This document shows, one piece after another, positions 51,340 through 60,416 of a stretch of 64,000 nucleotides of DNA (positions are counted from its first letter, which is position 1; every line of letters begins with the position of its first letter). Origin of the DNA: a virus. The translations under genes were made by a program, and so were the position numbers. The stretch lies in the IMG/VR virus record IMGVR_UViG_3300029951_000015. One strand, written 5' to 3'. The notes below the pieces were generated by a model. It did not search any database. It saw only the letters and a program-made list of their open reading frames with translations, and was not told the origin of the DNA.

Positions 51340-51641
51340 GCCAATTCACTCCCCTCACCCCCGCTCAACGAGAGCGCATGACCAAGCTCGTCCAAGAACT
51401 GATGGAGTCTGGCGTAGCGGCCACCAAGATTCTGGAGCATGGCTTCGTGGCCACTGACGGCAACGGTGTGACCTATGACAACCGCGCCGACCTACAGCGT
51501 GAGCTTGGCGACATCCTTGCAGCTGCCCACCTGATGTTCGCTAACGGCGACATTGACGGAGACGCGGTGCTCGCGGCCGGCGAAGTAAAGAAGTTGACTG
51601 TCACTCGGTACATGCACTTCCAAGGGGAACCTCATGCGTAA
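51336..51641 (+). CDS. small MazG-like NTP pyrophosphohydrolase
   Basis: 101 aa, ATGA overlap. LVQELMESG ... LQRELGDILAAAHLM fits the MazG helix pair. Confidence 0.4.
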   Translation: MSQFTPLTPAQRERMTKLVQELMESGVAATKILEHGFVATDGNGVTYDNRADLQRELGDILAAAHLMFANGDIDGDAVLAAGEVKKLTVTRYMHFQGEPHA

Positions 51642-54600
51642 GCGCCGTCACTTGATCATGGACGTGTCGAGCATCCTTAAAGCCTGCTATTTCGCAGGGA
51701 AAGACAAGGAGTTCGGCTTCGAAGTCTTGCACAACGAGAGGCCTGTTTGGGTCAATGGTTGGCAACACGGCCGTGAGTCCTTCATGAACTACATGCACGC
51801 AGCTCTCCGCGACCTCGACGCCCGACCGATGGACGTGATCTTCGTCCTGGAAGGCGCTCACGGCACGACGATTCGCCGCAACATGTACTCCGGCTACAAA
51901 CAGCGCGAGGACCGTCATCCGGACCAGATATCTCAGTACAACCTGTTGGAGTCCTGGCTGCAGGCGTATTTCTCTCGCATGGGGTCGACGTTCGTTAAAC
52001 AAGATGGTCTAGAAGCCGATGACGTTTTCGCTTACCTGTGCAAGAACCTGAAGGGCGAAATTGTCGGCTTGATCAACGATGGCGACGGTTTAGCCCTGAT
52101 GGACGGTGAGCGCGTCAAGATCCGCTATCAGTCAAAAATTGCGGCGGCCGACGAAAACCCTCTCGGACCTTTCCCGTTCGAGTTTAACCGGCTCTACAAG
52201 GCTATTGTAGGCGACAAGAGCGACACGCTGCCCGGAGCTAAAGGCGTAGGCGAGGCAGGCTTCCTGGATCTCTACGTGGCCTGCGAAGAAGATGGATTGC
52301 GCGCACTCGAAGACGTGATCAACCGCGGCGCGTGGGTTGAGCTGGAAGACGAAGTGCAGCATCTGAAGGTCCTGCAGAAGATCCTGGACTCGGCGGACAC
52401 CGTTCGGCGCTGCTACAAGTGCGCGGGCTTCCTCGACGCCTTAGTCAACGTGCCTGGCAAGAAGCTGATCTGGATGCCGGGTATGACGCTCGAAAAGCCG
52501 GAAGGCGAGCACAAGGATGACCGCTTCGACGGCTACTACCAAACGCGCCGTTTAATTCATTCGGATAACTTCGCACAACTAATGGCTTCGGACGTTTGGG
52601 CGAAGTTTCGTCAGTCGCCCTGGGTGTCGATCGACCTTGAAACGTCGACGCCGCCCGAGTCCGATGATTGGTTGCGTGAAGTCAACTCGATGGAAGACGA
52701 GGAAGATGAAGAAGGCAACCTGAAGAAAGCTCCAGGCGTTGATTTTGTCGCTTCGAAGATATCGGGAATGGGCGTCACGTTTGGCGACAACCAGCAGTAC
52801 ACACTGTACCTGACGGTCGACCACAAGACGGACAAGAACCTAACGCCAGAGCAGCTGTTGGCGTTCATTAACAAGATGCTTGACGCTGACAAGGACATTC
52901 GTTTCAACGTCCACAACAGCGCGTTTGAGCTGCCGGTCTTCTTCCTGAATCTAATCGATCTGATCGGCGACGATCCGCGCTGGGATTGCGGATTTTTCCC
53001 GCGCATCGACGACACCATTTTCATGGCGTCGTATGTAGACGAAAACGTGAAAGTAGGCCTCAAAGCCCAAGCATCTCTGCGTCTCGGATACGAACAGACC
53101 TCATACGATGAAGTGACGCAAGGCCGCAAGATGTGCGAGCTGACGCCCAAGGAAGTGTTCGCGTATGGCACCGACGACACGATTGTGACCTCGGCGCTGC
53201 GCACGCACTATCAGCACATCCTGGAGATCGAGAACACTTTCGAGATTTACCGTGACGTTGAAGTCGATGCGGCGTACTTAGTCGCAGCGGGCATGGTCAC
53301 GGGTATAAATTTCGACCGCGAGGCCATGCGTAAGCAGGAACGCAGCGATGACGTTCGCCGGGAAGCTGCGTGGCAGATCGTGCGCAAGTATCTGTTCGAG
53401 AAGAAGTGGGAAGGCGTAGAGCTACCTGCCGTGACGCTTGAACCGTCGAGCATGAAGGCGATTTTCGAAATCGTGACGGGCGAAGAGCTGAAGACGCAGG
53501 TACGCAAGCCGGAAAAGGTCGCAGCGTTGATGGCCGATTTTGACGGCGGCGAAACGCTGGCTGAGCTGTACATCCAGGCCATCGCCAACAACGGCGATAC
53601 AAGCGACGTGGAAGCCTACGCCAGGAAGTATTTCAAGGGCGAGCCGACGCTGAACGTGGACAGTCCGAAGCAGATGCTGAAGTTGCTCTACGAAACGATG
53701 GCATTCCCGATCCGCGTTCGTAATCGCCCGACTGACGCAGCGAGAGAAGAGTTCGGCCGCAACGTGGCCGGGTCGCCCAAGTCGGACGCCCTCGCCTTCG
53801 CCAGCGCCAAGTTCTATGACAAGGAAACGCACCCGGAAGAGGTGGTGGTACTCGATGCACTGCACGCAATGCGTTCGGTGGCCACGAACCGGAAGATGTT
53901 CTACAAGCCGTACCGCACGCTGCGTCATTGGAAGACCGGGATGATTCACGGCAGCGAAGGTCAGTGTATGACGGTCACGCGCCGCTTCGCGCCAAAGAAG
54001 CCGAACAAGGCGCAGTGGCCCAAAACGAAGGGCGACTTCCGCGCCTGCATCGTCCCGCACCACAAAGATGCGGTAGTGGTCGCGCTCGACTTCAAGGCGC
54101 AAGAGCTGCGTGTGATCGCTGACAGTTCCGGCGATGAAGCCATGACCTCGTGCTTCGTAGGCGAGAACAAGCGTGACATGCACCACATGACCGGCGTGTC
54201 CATCGCTCAGAAGAAGATCGACCCGGAAATCAACTATGACTGGTTCGCCTCGGTGATCGAAGACGAATCGCACCCGATGTTCAAGGTGATCAAGGCCACG
54301 CGCGGCAAAGCCAAGACGACGAACTTTGCGTCTGAGTACGGCGCGCAGGGTCCGAAGATGGCCGAAACGCTGATGGTGCCGCTCGAAGAAGCCGAGTCGT
54401 ATCTGGACGCTAAGCACCAAACGTTCTGGCGTGCGGAAGAGTGGAAGAAGGACGAGGTCATTCCGGCCGCCAAGCAACGTGGATACGCCCTCACCCGCCT
54501 CGGCGCTCGCCGGCATCTGGCCGAAGCTTTCGCTTCGGATAGCTGGGGCACACGCGCACGCGCTGAACGCCAGGCAGTGAACTTTGAAATTCAGGGTTCA

Positions 54601-54927
54601 TGCGGAGAAATGACAAAGCTGGCTATGGGCCGTATCTGGCGCGCTCGCCTGCTGGAGCGTTTCGACGCGCAGCTGATCGCCGTGGTGCATGACGAGCTGG
54701 TGTTCTCTGTCGCCCGTGAGGACGTGGAGGCTTTCACCAAAGAGCTGCACGCCTTAATGACGCAGCGTTATGCGGACATGACCATTCCCGTCGAGTCGAG
54801 CATCGGCATCGGCCACAACTTCAAAGACTTGGTCGAGATTGGCGACCAGCCCTCACACGAAGCGATTTCTAAGGCACTGCGCGACCTGTTCCCGCAGCTG
54901 TACGAAGAAGCCGCTGAACACGCCTAA
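51634..54927 (+). CDS. polA: DNA polymerase I (5'-3' exo, 3'-5' exo and polymerase domains)
   Basis: GDKSDTLPGAKGVGEAG (FEN domain), VSIDLETS (Exo I), VVALDFKAQELRV (motif A), RGKAKTTNFASEYG (motif B), AVVHDELVF (motif C). 1097 aa. Confidence 0.9.
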   Translation: MRKRRHLIMDVSSILKACYFAGKDKEFGFEVLHNERPVWVNGWQHGRESFMNYMHAALRDLDARPMDVIFVLEGAHGTTIRRNMYSGYKQREDRHPDQISQYNLLESWLQAYFSRMGSTFVKQDGLEADDVFAYLCKNLKGEIVGLINDGDGLALMDGERVKIRYQSKIAAADENPLGPFPFEFNRLYKAIVGDKSDTLPGAKGVGEAGFLDLYVACEEDGLRALEDVINRGAWVELEDEVQHLKVLQKILDSADTVRRCYKCAGFLDALVNVPGKKLIWMPGMTLEKPEGEHKDDRFDGYYQTRRLIHSDNFAQLMASDVWAKFRQSPWVSIDLETSTPPESDDWLREVNSMEDEEDEEGNLKKAPGVDFVASKISGMGVTFGDNQQYTLYLTVDHKTDKNLTPEQLLAFINKMLDADKDIRFNVHNSAFELPVFFLNLIDLIGDDPRWDCGFFPRIDDTIFMASYVDENVKVGLKAQASLRLGYEQTSYDEVTQGRKMCELTPKEVFAYGTDDTIVTSALRTHYQHILEIENTFEIYRDVEVDAAYLVAAGMVTGINFDREAMRKQERSDDVRREAAWQIVRKYLFEKKWEGVELPAVTLEPSSMKAIFEIVTGEELKTQVRKPEKVAALMADFDGGETLAELYIQAIANNGDTSDVEAYARKYFKGEPTLNVDSPKQMLKLLYETMAFPIRVRNRPTDAAREEFGRNVAGSPKSDALAFASAKFYDKETHPEEVVVLDALHAMRSVATNRKMFYKPYRTLRHWKTGMIHGSEGQCMTVTRRFAPKKPNKAQWPKTKGDFRACIVPHHKDAVVVALDFKAQELRVIADSSGDEAMTSCFVGENKRDMHHMTGVSIAQKKIDPEINYDWFASVIEDESHPMFKVIKATRGKAKTTNFASEYGAQGPKMAETLMVPLEEAESYLDAKHQTFWRAEEWKKDEVIPAAKQRGYALTRLGARRHLAEAFASDSWGTRARAERQAVNFEIQGSCGEMTKLAMGRIWRARLLERFDAQLIAVVHDELVFSVAREDVEAFTKELHALMTQRYADMTIPVESSIGIGHNFKDLVEIGDQPSHEAISKALRDLFPQLYEEAAEHA

Positions 54928-54947
54928 CACATAACAGGACAAGAACA

Positions 54948-55178
54948 ATGCCCGACCTCGCAGACATGGCAGACGACAACATCGAGTTGGAGCTGCAATC
55001 GAACATTTACCTCGCCCGAAAGCGAGTGATCAAACCGCTGATGCCTAACAAGAAGTGCCACAACTGTGGCGACGGGGTCGCTAAAGACGAGCTGTTCTGC
55101 CCGAAGGTGGGCGAGAAAGCTTTGATGTCCGAGTGCCAAGCCGATTTCGAACGCAGGTCCACCAAAGGTCAAAAATGA
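54948..55178 (+). CDS. small zinc-finger protein (TraR/DksA-like, tentative)
   Basis: 76 aa. CHNCGDG ... C ... C. ATGA-coupled to the next gene. Confidence 0.4.
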   Translation: MPDLADMADDNIELELQSNIYLARKRVIKPLMPNKKCHNCGDGVAKDELFCPKVGEKALMSECQADFERRSTKGQK

Positions 55179-55663
55179 ACGACGCAACTGCATTTACCGA
55201 TCACAAAAAGCGCGCTGCAATCTCGAAGCGTGGGAAAGCGGCCGAGAACTCGGTCAAGCTCTACCTGGAGCGTGTACGCGAGCGTCTTGGCATCGCATTC
55301 GACGCTGAGCGGGTTCCTGACGCTCGCGCAGCTGGTGGCCGCTTCACACCCGTGACAGGCGATTTCCGGGCCTTCTACGCAGGCCGCAGCGCCAACATCG
55401 AGGTCAAGGAGGTGGACACGTCCGACCGTCTGCCGAAAAAGAACTTCTCGCGCGACCAGATCGCCCGCTGCTACACCCGCTCGCTGACCGGCGTCATCAC
55501 CATCGTGCTGATCCATCACACCAAGACCGGTGCGTGGGTCGTAGCCCCGATCAAAGATTTTTTCGACTACGACGGCCCGAGCTGGCTGACCGGTGGCTAC
55601 CCGAAATTCGTTTCTGCAGAAGCAGCTCTTGACTTTGCATTGAAGCCCCTGTTTAATGCGTGA
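55175..55663 (+). CDS. PD-(D/E)XK nuclease, possible Holliday junction resolvase
   Basis: Trimmed to ATG 55175. GDFRAFYAGRSANIEVKEV gives a D ... E-x-K arrangement. 162 aa. Confidence 0.4.
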   Translation: MNDATAFTDHKKRAAISKRGKAAENSVKLYLERVRERLGIAFDAERVPDARAAGGRFTPVTGDFRAFYAGRSANIEVKEVDTSDRLPKKNFSRDQIARCYTRSLTGVITIVLIHHTKTGAWVVAPIKDFFDYDGPSWLTGGYPKFVSAEAALDFALKPLFNA

Positions 55664-55668
55664 CGGAT

Positions 55669-55699
55669 AACGAAAAGCGCTCTACAAAGCGTTTTCGTT
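55669..55699. promoter_or_regulatory. dispersed palindrome, copy h
   Basis: AACGAAAAGCGCTCTACAAAGCGTTTTCGTT, identical to copy d. Confidence 0.6.
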
Positions 55700-55724
55700 A
55701 CGTAAATCCCCAAAATTCACCACG

Positions 55725-55746
55725 AGGGCGTTCCTAGGAACGCCCT
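55725..55746. promoter_or_regulatory. 22-bp perfect palindrome abutting the helicase RBS
   Basis: AGGGCGTTCCT/AGGAACGCCCT, immediately followed by GGAG. Confidence 0.35.
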
Positions 55747-55761
55747 GGAGATTGCCCCAAA

Positions 55762-57273
55762 ATGACCGAATCAATTACCGTCGAACAGGCGGGGGAAGCG
55801 CTCGTACTTACGGATGATCAGCAGACCTCGTATGACGAGGTCATGGCCTGGCTTACCGAGCGCGACCCATCTGTCAAACAGCCTGACGGCATCGACCTAC
55901 GCTACAGGCGCCCGAAGTTCGCACTGCCCGCGGGCGCTGAGGCTTGGTTCAAGGACAACCAGGACGATTACTTCGTTCTCAAAGGCTTCGCCGGCACCGG
56001 CAAGAGCACGCTCACGTCGAAGCTGATCAAAGACCTGAGCGCCCAAGACTGGAACATGGCAGTCTGCGCGCCGACGAACAAGGCCGTAGGCGTTATCCAG
56101 GAGAAGGTTCGAGACGCTATGGGTGACAGCGTACTCGCGGCGACCTTCTGCTCGCTGCACTCCGTGTGTGGTATCCGCATGATCGAGACCGACGACGGCC
56201 ACCACATCGCGTCGGACAGCGGTCTGTCTAACCTGAATCAGTACGACCTCGTAATCATCGACGAAGCATCTATGGTCGACACGGCGATGTTGTTGCGCTC
56301 CGTGCAGAGCGGCCGAGGCAGCTGCTTGGTGCTGTTCGTAGGCGACCCAGCGCAGCTGCCGCCGGTCATCGAGAAGTCTGTCGCCAAGCTGTTCCGGCTT
56401 CCTCGGGGCAGCATGCTTTCCGAAATCACGCGCGTGGCCGCCGGCAACCCGCTGATCGCAGCAGCTATGCACGTCCGAAAGAAGAATCGTTGTGACGAGC
56501 TGCTTTCGGAAGGCGCTGATGAAATCTTCGCCGGCATGGGGCCTGACGACCGCGTGAAGCCATCGGATTTGATGGAATGGCTTCCCGACTCGATGGTCCG
56601 TGGCAGTAGCGCGCTGGCTCAGATAGGTATTGACCTGCAGCGTGAAGGCCACGACGCACGGGTGATCGCATATCGGAACAGTACCGTCCTGCGGAACAAC
56701 GAAAACGCCCACTTCGCACTACACCCGAGCAGCGGATACACCTTGTTCTCTGTGGGCGAGCGCGTGATTGTGCAATCTGCCTGCAAGGCCGAAAGCCTGG
56801 ACACGGGCAAGACCGTCGATTTGGTAACGAGCGAAGAGCTGGTTGTCGAGTACGTCGAGCTGACCAAGCACCCGCTATACCCTACGATCAACGTGTACCA
56901 GCTGGCTCTGCGTGACTACCTGGGCAACAGCGTTGTGGTCTACGTGCCGAAGCTGATGACCGCTTTCAAGCACCACTGTGCCAAGCTTTTCGACGAAGTA
57001 CGAGACCTCAGCCAGCAGCTCAAGCGCCGGTACTCCATTCAGGTGTCCGACCAGCTCAGACGAGCGCGGGGCGAGGCTTGGGGTTTCAAAAACAGCTTCG
57101 CTGAGATCCGCCACACCTACTCCATTACGGCCCACAAGTCGCAAGGATCGACGTTTGACATCGTGTTGATCGACCTGCTGGATCTAATGACCATGCAGTC
57201 TGCGTTCGAATTCAACTGTGCGCTGTACGTGGCACTGACCCGCGCACGTCTTCGCGCTTACATTTCTTATTGA
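55762..57273 (+). CDS. RecD/Dda-like SF1 helicase
   Basis: LKGFAGTGKST (Walker A), LVIIDEASMV (Walker B), ITAHKSQGSTFD and LYVALTRAR (C-terminal SF1 motifs). Confidence 0.8.
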   Translation: MTESITVEQAGEALVLTDDQQTSYDEVMAWLTERDPSVKQPDGIDLRYRRPKFALPAGAEAWFKDNQDDYFVLKGFAGTGKSTLTSKLIKDLSAQDWNMAVCAPTNKAVGVIQEKVRDAMGDSVLAATFCSLHSVCGIRMIETDDGHHIASDSGLSNLNQYDLVIIDEASMVDTAMLLRSVQSGRGSCLVLFVGDPAQLPPVIEKSVAKLFRLPRGSMLSEITRVAAGNPLIAAAMHVRKKNRCDELLSEGADEIFAGMGPDDRVKPSDLMEWLPDSMVRGSSALAQIGIDLQREGHDARVIAYRNSTVLRNNENAHFALHPSSGYTLFSVGERVIVQSACKAESLDTGKTVDLVTSEELVVEYVELTKHPLYPTINVYQLALRDYLGNSVVVYVPKLMTAFKHHCAKLFDEVRDLSQQLKRRYSIQVSDQLRRARGEAWGFKNSFAEIRHTYSITAHKSQGSTFDIVLIDLLDLMTMQSAFEFNCALYVALTRARLRAYISY

Positions 57274-57281
57274 GGACTACT

Positions 57282-58682
57282 ATGAATTCACAACAAGTAT
57301 TTGATGTGATCGAAGCAATAGCTGAGACCGCAAGCAAGAAGGAAAAGCAGGCGCTGCTCGCAGCCAACATCGGACAGCCTTTGTTCAAGCGCGTGCTCGT
57401 CGCAGCTCTCGACCCGCTCATTAGCTATGGCATCAGCAAGCGCCCTCCGTCTGGAACGAACAGCGCGGGGCGGGGAGCACTGTTCGACGACGGTACTTGG
57501 GCAGTTATTGACGACTTGGCCGCGCGCCGGCTGACCGGCCACAACGCGATTGCCGTCTTGTGCGGCGAGATGGAACGCCTCGAACCTAAATCGGCCGAAC
57601 TGTTCTGGCGCATCGTTAAAAAAGACCTGCGCGCGGGCTTCGGCGCAGAGACGGTCAACAAGGCATCTAAAGGGCTGATTCAGGCGTCTCCCTATATGCG
57701 CTGCGTGCTGCCCGCAGACGCGAAGTTCGATGAATGGGATTGGGTCAAGGGTGCATTCAGCCAGCAAAAGGCAGACGGCGCATTCACGAACGTCGACCAC
57801 GACCACGCCGGCATCGTGCGTCTGACCACGCGGCAGGGTAATGAGTTGCCGATTGAGCAGTTTGCCGAAGTTGTCGACGCTGTTAAGGTGCGCCTGCAGC
57901 TTGGCACGCAAACGCATGGAGAAATCCTCGTGCTGGTCGACGGCAAGATCGCGGATCGCGCGACAGGTAACGGTATTCTCAACCGAGTGGCGGCAGGCGG
58001 CAGCTTTACTGAGCGCGAGGTTCCCCTATTTTTCGCGTGGGACCAGATCCCACTGGAGTGTGTGAAGCCGAAGGGCGAGTACACGGTGCCGTACCGCGAG
58101 CGCTGGTCGTCGCTGGTGGATCAGGTCGTGGGCGAAGGCAACTCGATAATGTCGGTGCGCCTGATCCCTACCGAACGTGTGCACTCGCTCAAGGACGGCT
58201 ACGCCCACTGCACAAGCCTGCAGGTCGAAGGCAAAGAAGGAACCGTCCTCAAGAACGGCAGCGGCTTCTGGAAAGACACCAAGAGCGGTAACAAGGATGT
58301 CGTGAAGCTCAAGCTCGAAGTGGATGTCGACCTGATTACGAGGGAAGTTCTGAACGGTGAAGACGGCACGAAAAACGACGGGCGCGCGGGCCGCGTACGG
58401 ATGGAAACGCGCGACGGGTTGCTGAGCGTGAACGTTGCAGTGAAAAACGAGAAGCTGCGCGACGCAATCGACGCGAACCGGGCCGACTTCACCGACCGTA
58501 TATGGACCGTGCGCTTCAATGAAATCACGGAACCGTCCGACAGCAACCCGCTGCACTCGTTGTTTCTGCCGCGCATGGTGGAAGACTGGTATCGCAGCGA
58601 TAAAAGTGACGCGGACTCGCTGCCCGAAGTCTACGCACAGCGTGACGCTAAAGTCCAGGGCACGCCCGAGGTGGTCGCATGA
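57282..58682 (+). CDS. lig: ATP-dependent DNA ligase
   Basis: ATG 57282 has GAGGA upstream. QQKADGAF (KxDG motif I), HGEILVLVDG, GKEGTVLKN. Confidence 0.75.
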   Translation: MNSQQVFDVIEAIAETASKKEKQALLAANIGQPLFKRVLVAALDPLISYGISKRPPSGTNSAGRGALFDDGTWAVIDDLAARRLTGHNAIAVLCGEMERLEPKSAELFWRIVKKDLRAGFGAETVNKASKGLIQASPYMRCVLPADAKFDEWDWVKGAFSQQKADGAFTNVDHDHAGIVRLTTRQGNELPIEQFAEVVDAVKVRLQLGTQTHGEILVLVDGKIADRATGNGILNRVAAGGSFTEREVPLFFAWDQIPLECVKPKGEYTVPYRERWSSLVDQVVGEGNSIMSVRLIPTERVHSLKDGYAHCTSLQVEGKEGTVLKNGSGFWKDTKSGNKDVVKLKLEVDVDLITREVLNGEDGTKNDGRAGRVRMETRDGLLSVNVAVKNEKLRDAIDANRADFTDRIWTVRFNEITEPSDSNPLHSLFLPRMVEDWYRSDKSDADSLPEVYAQRDAKVQGTPEVVA

Positions 58683-59233
58683 AGACCGACATCCCCACCT
58701 TCAGCGGCAACTACTTCAGCTTCACTGACGTGGTGTCTAACGTCGTCAGCATCGAAGACATTGCGCACGGCCTATCAAACGTATGCCGGTTCGCCGGCCA
58801 GTGCCCGCAATTTTACTCCGTCGCACAGCACAGCGTCATGGTCGCCTACATCCTTGAAGAGTTATACGGGATACACGATCCAGAAGTACTTCTTCAAGGT
58901 CTTTTCCACGACGCCTCCGAGGCTTTCCTGGGCGACATGACTACACCGCTGAAGAAGCTGATCCCCGAGTACATGGTGATCGAGGCACGCGTACAGGCTG
59001 ACCTTATGCGGCGCTTTGGTTTGCCATCCTCTCTGCATCGAATCGTAAGTCTCGCGGATCTCTCAGCGCTCCGGATGGAGAAAGAGCAACTGCTTAAGAA
59101 CCACGACGTGTGGGCGGTTTTAGAGGGCGTCGAGTGCCTTCAAGAATTTTTCGTTTTCTTCTACACCCCTGAGCAGGCGAAGGCTCAGTTCTTGAATACC
59201 TTTTACCGACTAATGAGCGCCCGCAGATGCTGA
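58679..59233 (+). CDS. HD-domain phosphohydrolase (YfbR-like 5'-deoxynucleotidase type)
   Basis: SVAQHSVMVAYIL and LFHDASEAFLGDMTTPLK. 184 aa. Confidence 0.6.
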   Translation: MKTDIPTFSGNYFSFTDVVSNVVSIEDIAHGLSNVCRFAGQCPQFYSVAQHSVMVAYILEELYGIHDPEVLLQGLFHDASEAFLGDMTTPLKKLIPEYMVIEARVQADLMRRFGLPSSLHRIVSLADLSALRMEKEQLLKNHDVWAVLEGVECLQEFFVFFYTPEQAKAQFLNTFYRLMSARRC

Positions 59234-60294
59234 TCATAAATGACCTTCACCTCGGCGTGAACCGCTCCGGCGGCACGACGCCGCTGACCCATGCCACCTT
59301 GACCGAATACACGCACGAGAAGTTCGAGTGGCTGCTTGACCAAACCGACCAAGACGGTTGCCTGCTGATTGACGGCGATCTATTCGACGGTTTCCTCGTG
59401 TCCAACAACGTGCTGTTGCGTACGTTCTCGGGGCTGTCCACACGGCTCTATTCAGGCGTCATCAAGAAGCTTCTCTTGGCGCGCGGAAACCACGATATAG
59501 CGAAAGACTCGACGAAGCTCAGCTCCTTCGATCTGCTCGGCGCGCTGCTGGTCGAGGCGTATCCGCAGCGTGTGGTGGTGATCACCGAACCTACCGTTAT
59601 CCGTTGGGGCGCAGAGAATGAATCATCTGCCTGGGTCATTCCCCACGCCGAGAACCAGGACATCTTCGACATGTGGATCGGCCAGGTGATCAACGATCCA
59701 CAAGACATCGTGTTCGTCCACGCCAATTACGACAACGGCTTTGCAGCTGAGTCGGACCACTCTCTGAACTTGACCAAAGAGTGGTGCAACGCGCTTGAAA
59801 CAGTCGGCGTTCAAAAGATCATCTTCGGTCACGAGCATCAGCAGGGCATCCGGCCGAACGGCGTGATCATCATCGGCAACCAGTTTCCCACATCTATTTC
59901 TGACTGCTTGAATAACGACAGCAAGCGCGCGCTGCAGATCAGCGAGACGGGCCACATCACCGAGTTGCAGACCTGGACGGACCGCGGTTCGTACTTCGAA
60001 TGCGACTGGGCGAAACTGGATCAAGTGCCGGAAGACGCCCAATTCGTGCGGATCAAGGGCGAAGCGACCGACGAGCAGGCCGCAGCGGTTCTCGACGCTG
60101 CGTCTGCCTTGCGCAAGAAGCACGGCGCGTTCGTCATCACCAACTCGGTCGTCGTGAACGGCCGCACGCTGGACATCTCCGCTCTCGACGCCGTCGAACA
60201 GGTCCAGACGTTCGACGTGACTGCCTTCTTATTCGACAACCTGTCGGCCGACCAGGTCGAATACTTGAAGCCGATGCTGAAGGAGCGCACGTGA
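59227..60294 (+). CDS. sbcD: SbcD/Mre11-like nuclease
   Basis: INDLHLG, LIDGDLFDG, LARGNHD, FVHANYDNG and IFGHEHQ are the calcineurin-like phosphoesterase motifs in order. Confidence 0.75.
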   Translation: MLIINDLHLGVNRSGGTTPLTHATLTEYTHEKFEWLLDQTDQDGCLLIDGDLFDGFLVSNNVLLRTFSGLSTRLYSGVIKKLLLARGNHDIAKDSTKLSSFDLLGALLVEAYPQRVVVITEPTVIRWGAENESSAWVIPHAENQDIFDMWIGQVINDPQDIVFVHANYDNGFAAESDHSLNLTKEWCNALETVGVQKIIFGHEHQQGIRPNGVIIIGNQFPTSISDCLNNDSKRALQISETGHITELQTWTDRGSYFECDWAKLDQVPEDAQFVRIKGEATDEQAAAVLDAASALRKKHGAFVITNSVVVNGRTLDISALDAVEQVQTFDVTAFLFDNLSADQVEYLKPMLKERT

Positions 60295-60416
60295 AGATAC
60301 TTGGATGGACCCGTGCGCAGTGGCGTGAAGCGCACAAGCATGCGAGTCGTGCAACCACGCTCGCGGAATACCTTGATCGTTTGAAAAACGCATTGGAGCG
60401 AAGCGCAAATGCTTAA
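60291..60416 (+). CDS. hypothetical protein (41 aa)
   Basis: GTGA overlap with sbcD, and its stop overlaps the sbcC start. VKILGWTRAQWREAH echoes 31875..32123. Confidence 0.3.
   Translation: MKILGWTRAQWREAHKHASRATTLAEYLDRLKNALERSANA

Noticed and set aside
53422-54516. 364-aa minus-strand ORF inside polA
   Set aside because: It is antisense to the Pol I motif A-C region. It is Arg/His/Leu-rich and has no independent support.
51634-54927. Intein or intron in the oversized Pol I
   Set aside because: The reading frame is continuous. The extra length is explained by the N-terminal FEN domain and short acidic insertions. No intein splice-junction blocks or homing-endonuclease motifs are present.
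55897-56712. 271-aa minus-strand ORF inside the RecD-like helicase
   Set aside because: It is a shadow ORF. The Walker A/B and SF1 motifs lie on the plus strand.
50851-59233. 2-aminoadenine (Z-genome) pathway, suggested by the MazG-like plus HD phosphohydrolase genes
   Set aside because: No PurZ-like (adenylosuccinate synthetase-like) gene is present in the window. The polymerase has a 5'-3' exonuclease domain, unlike what I recall for DpoZ-type enzymes. A MazG-like gene plus an HD gene is not diagnostic. It remains only a lead for the rest of the genome.
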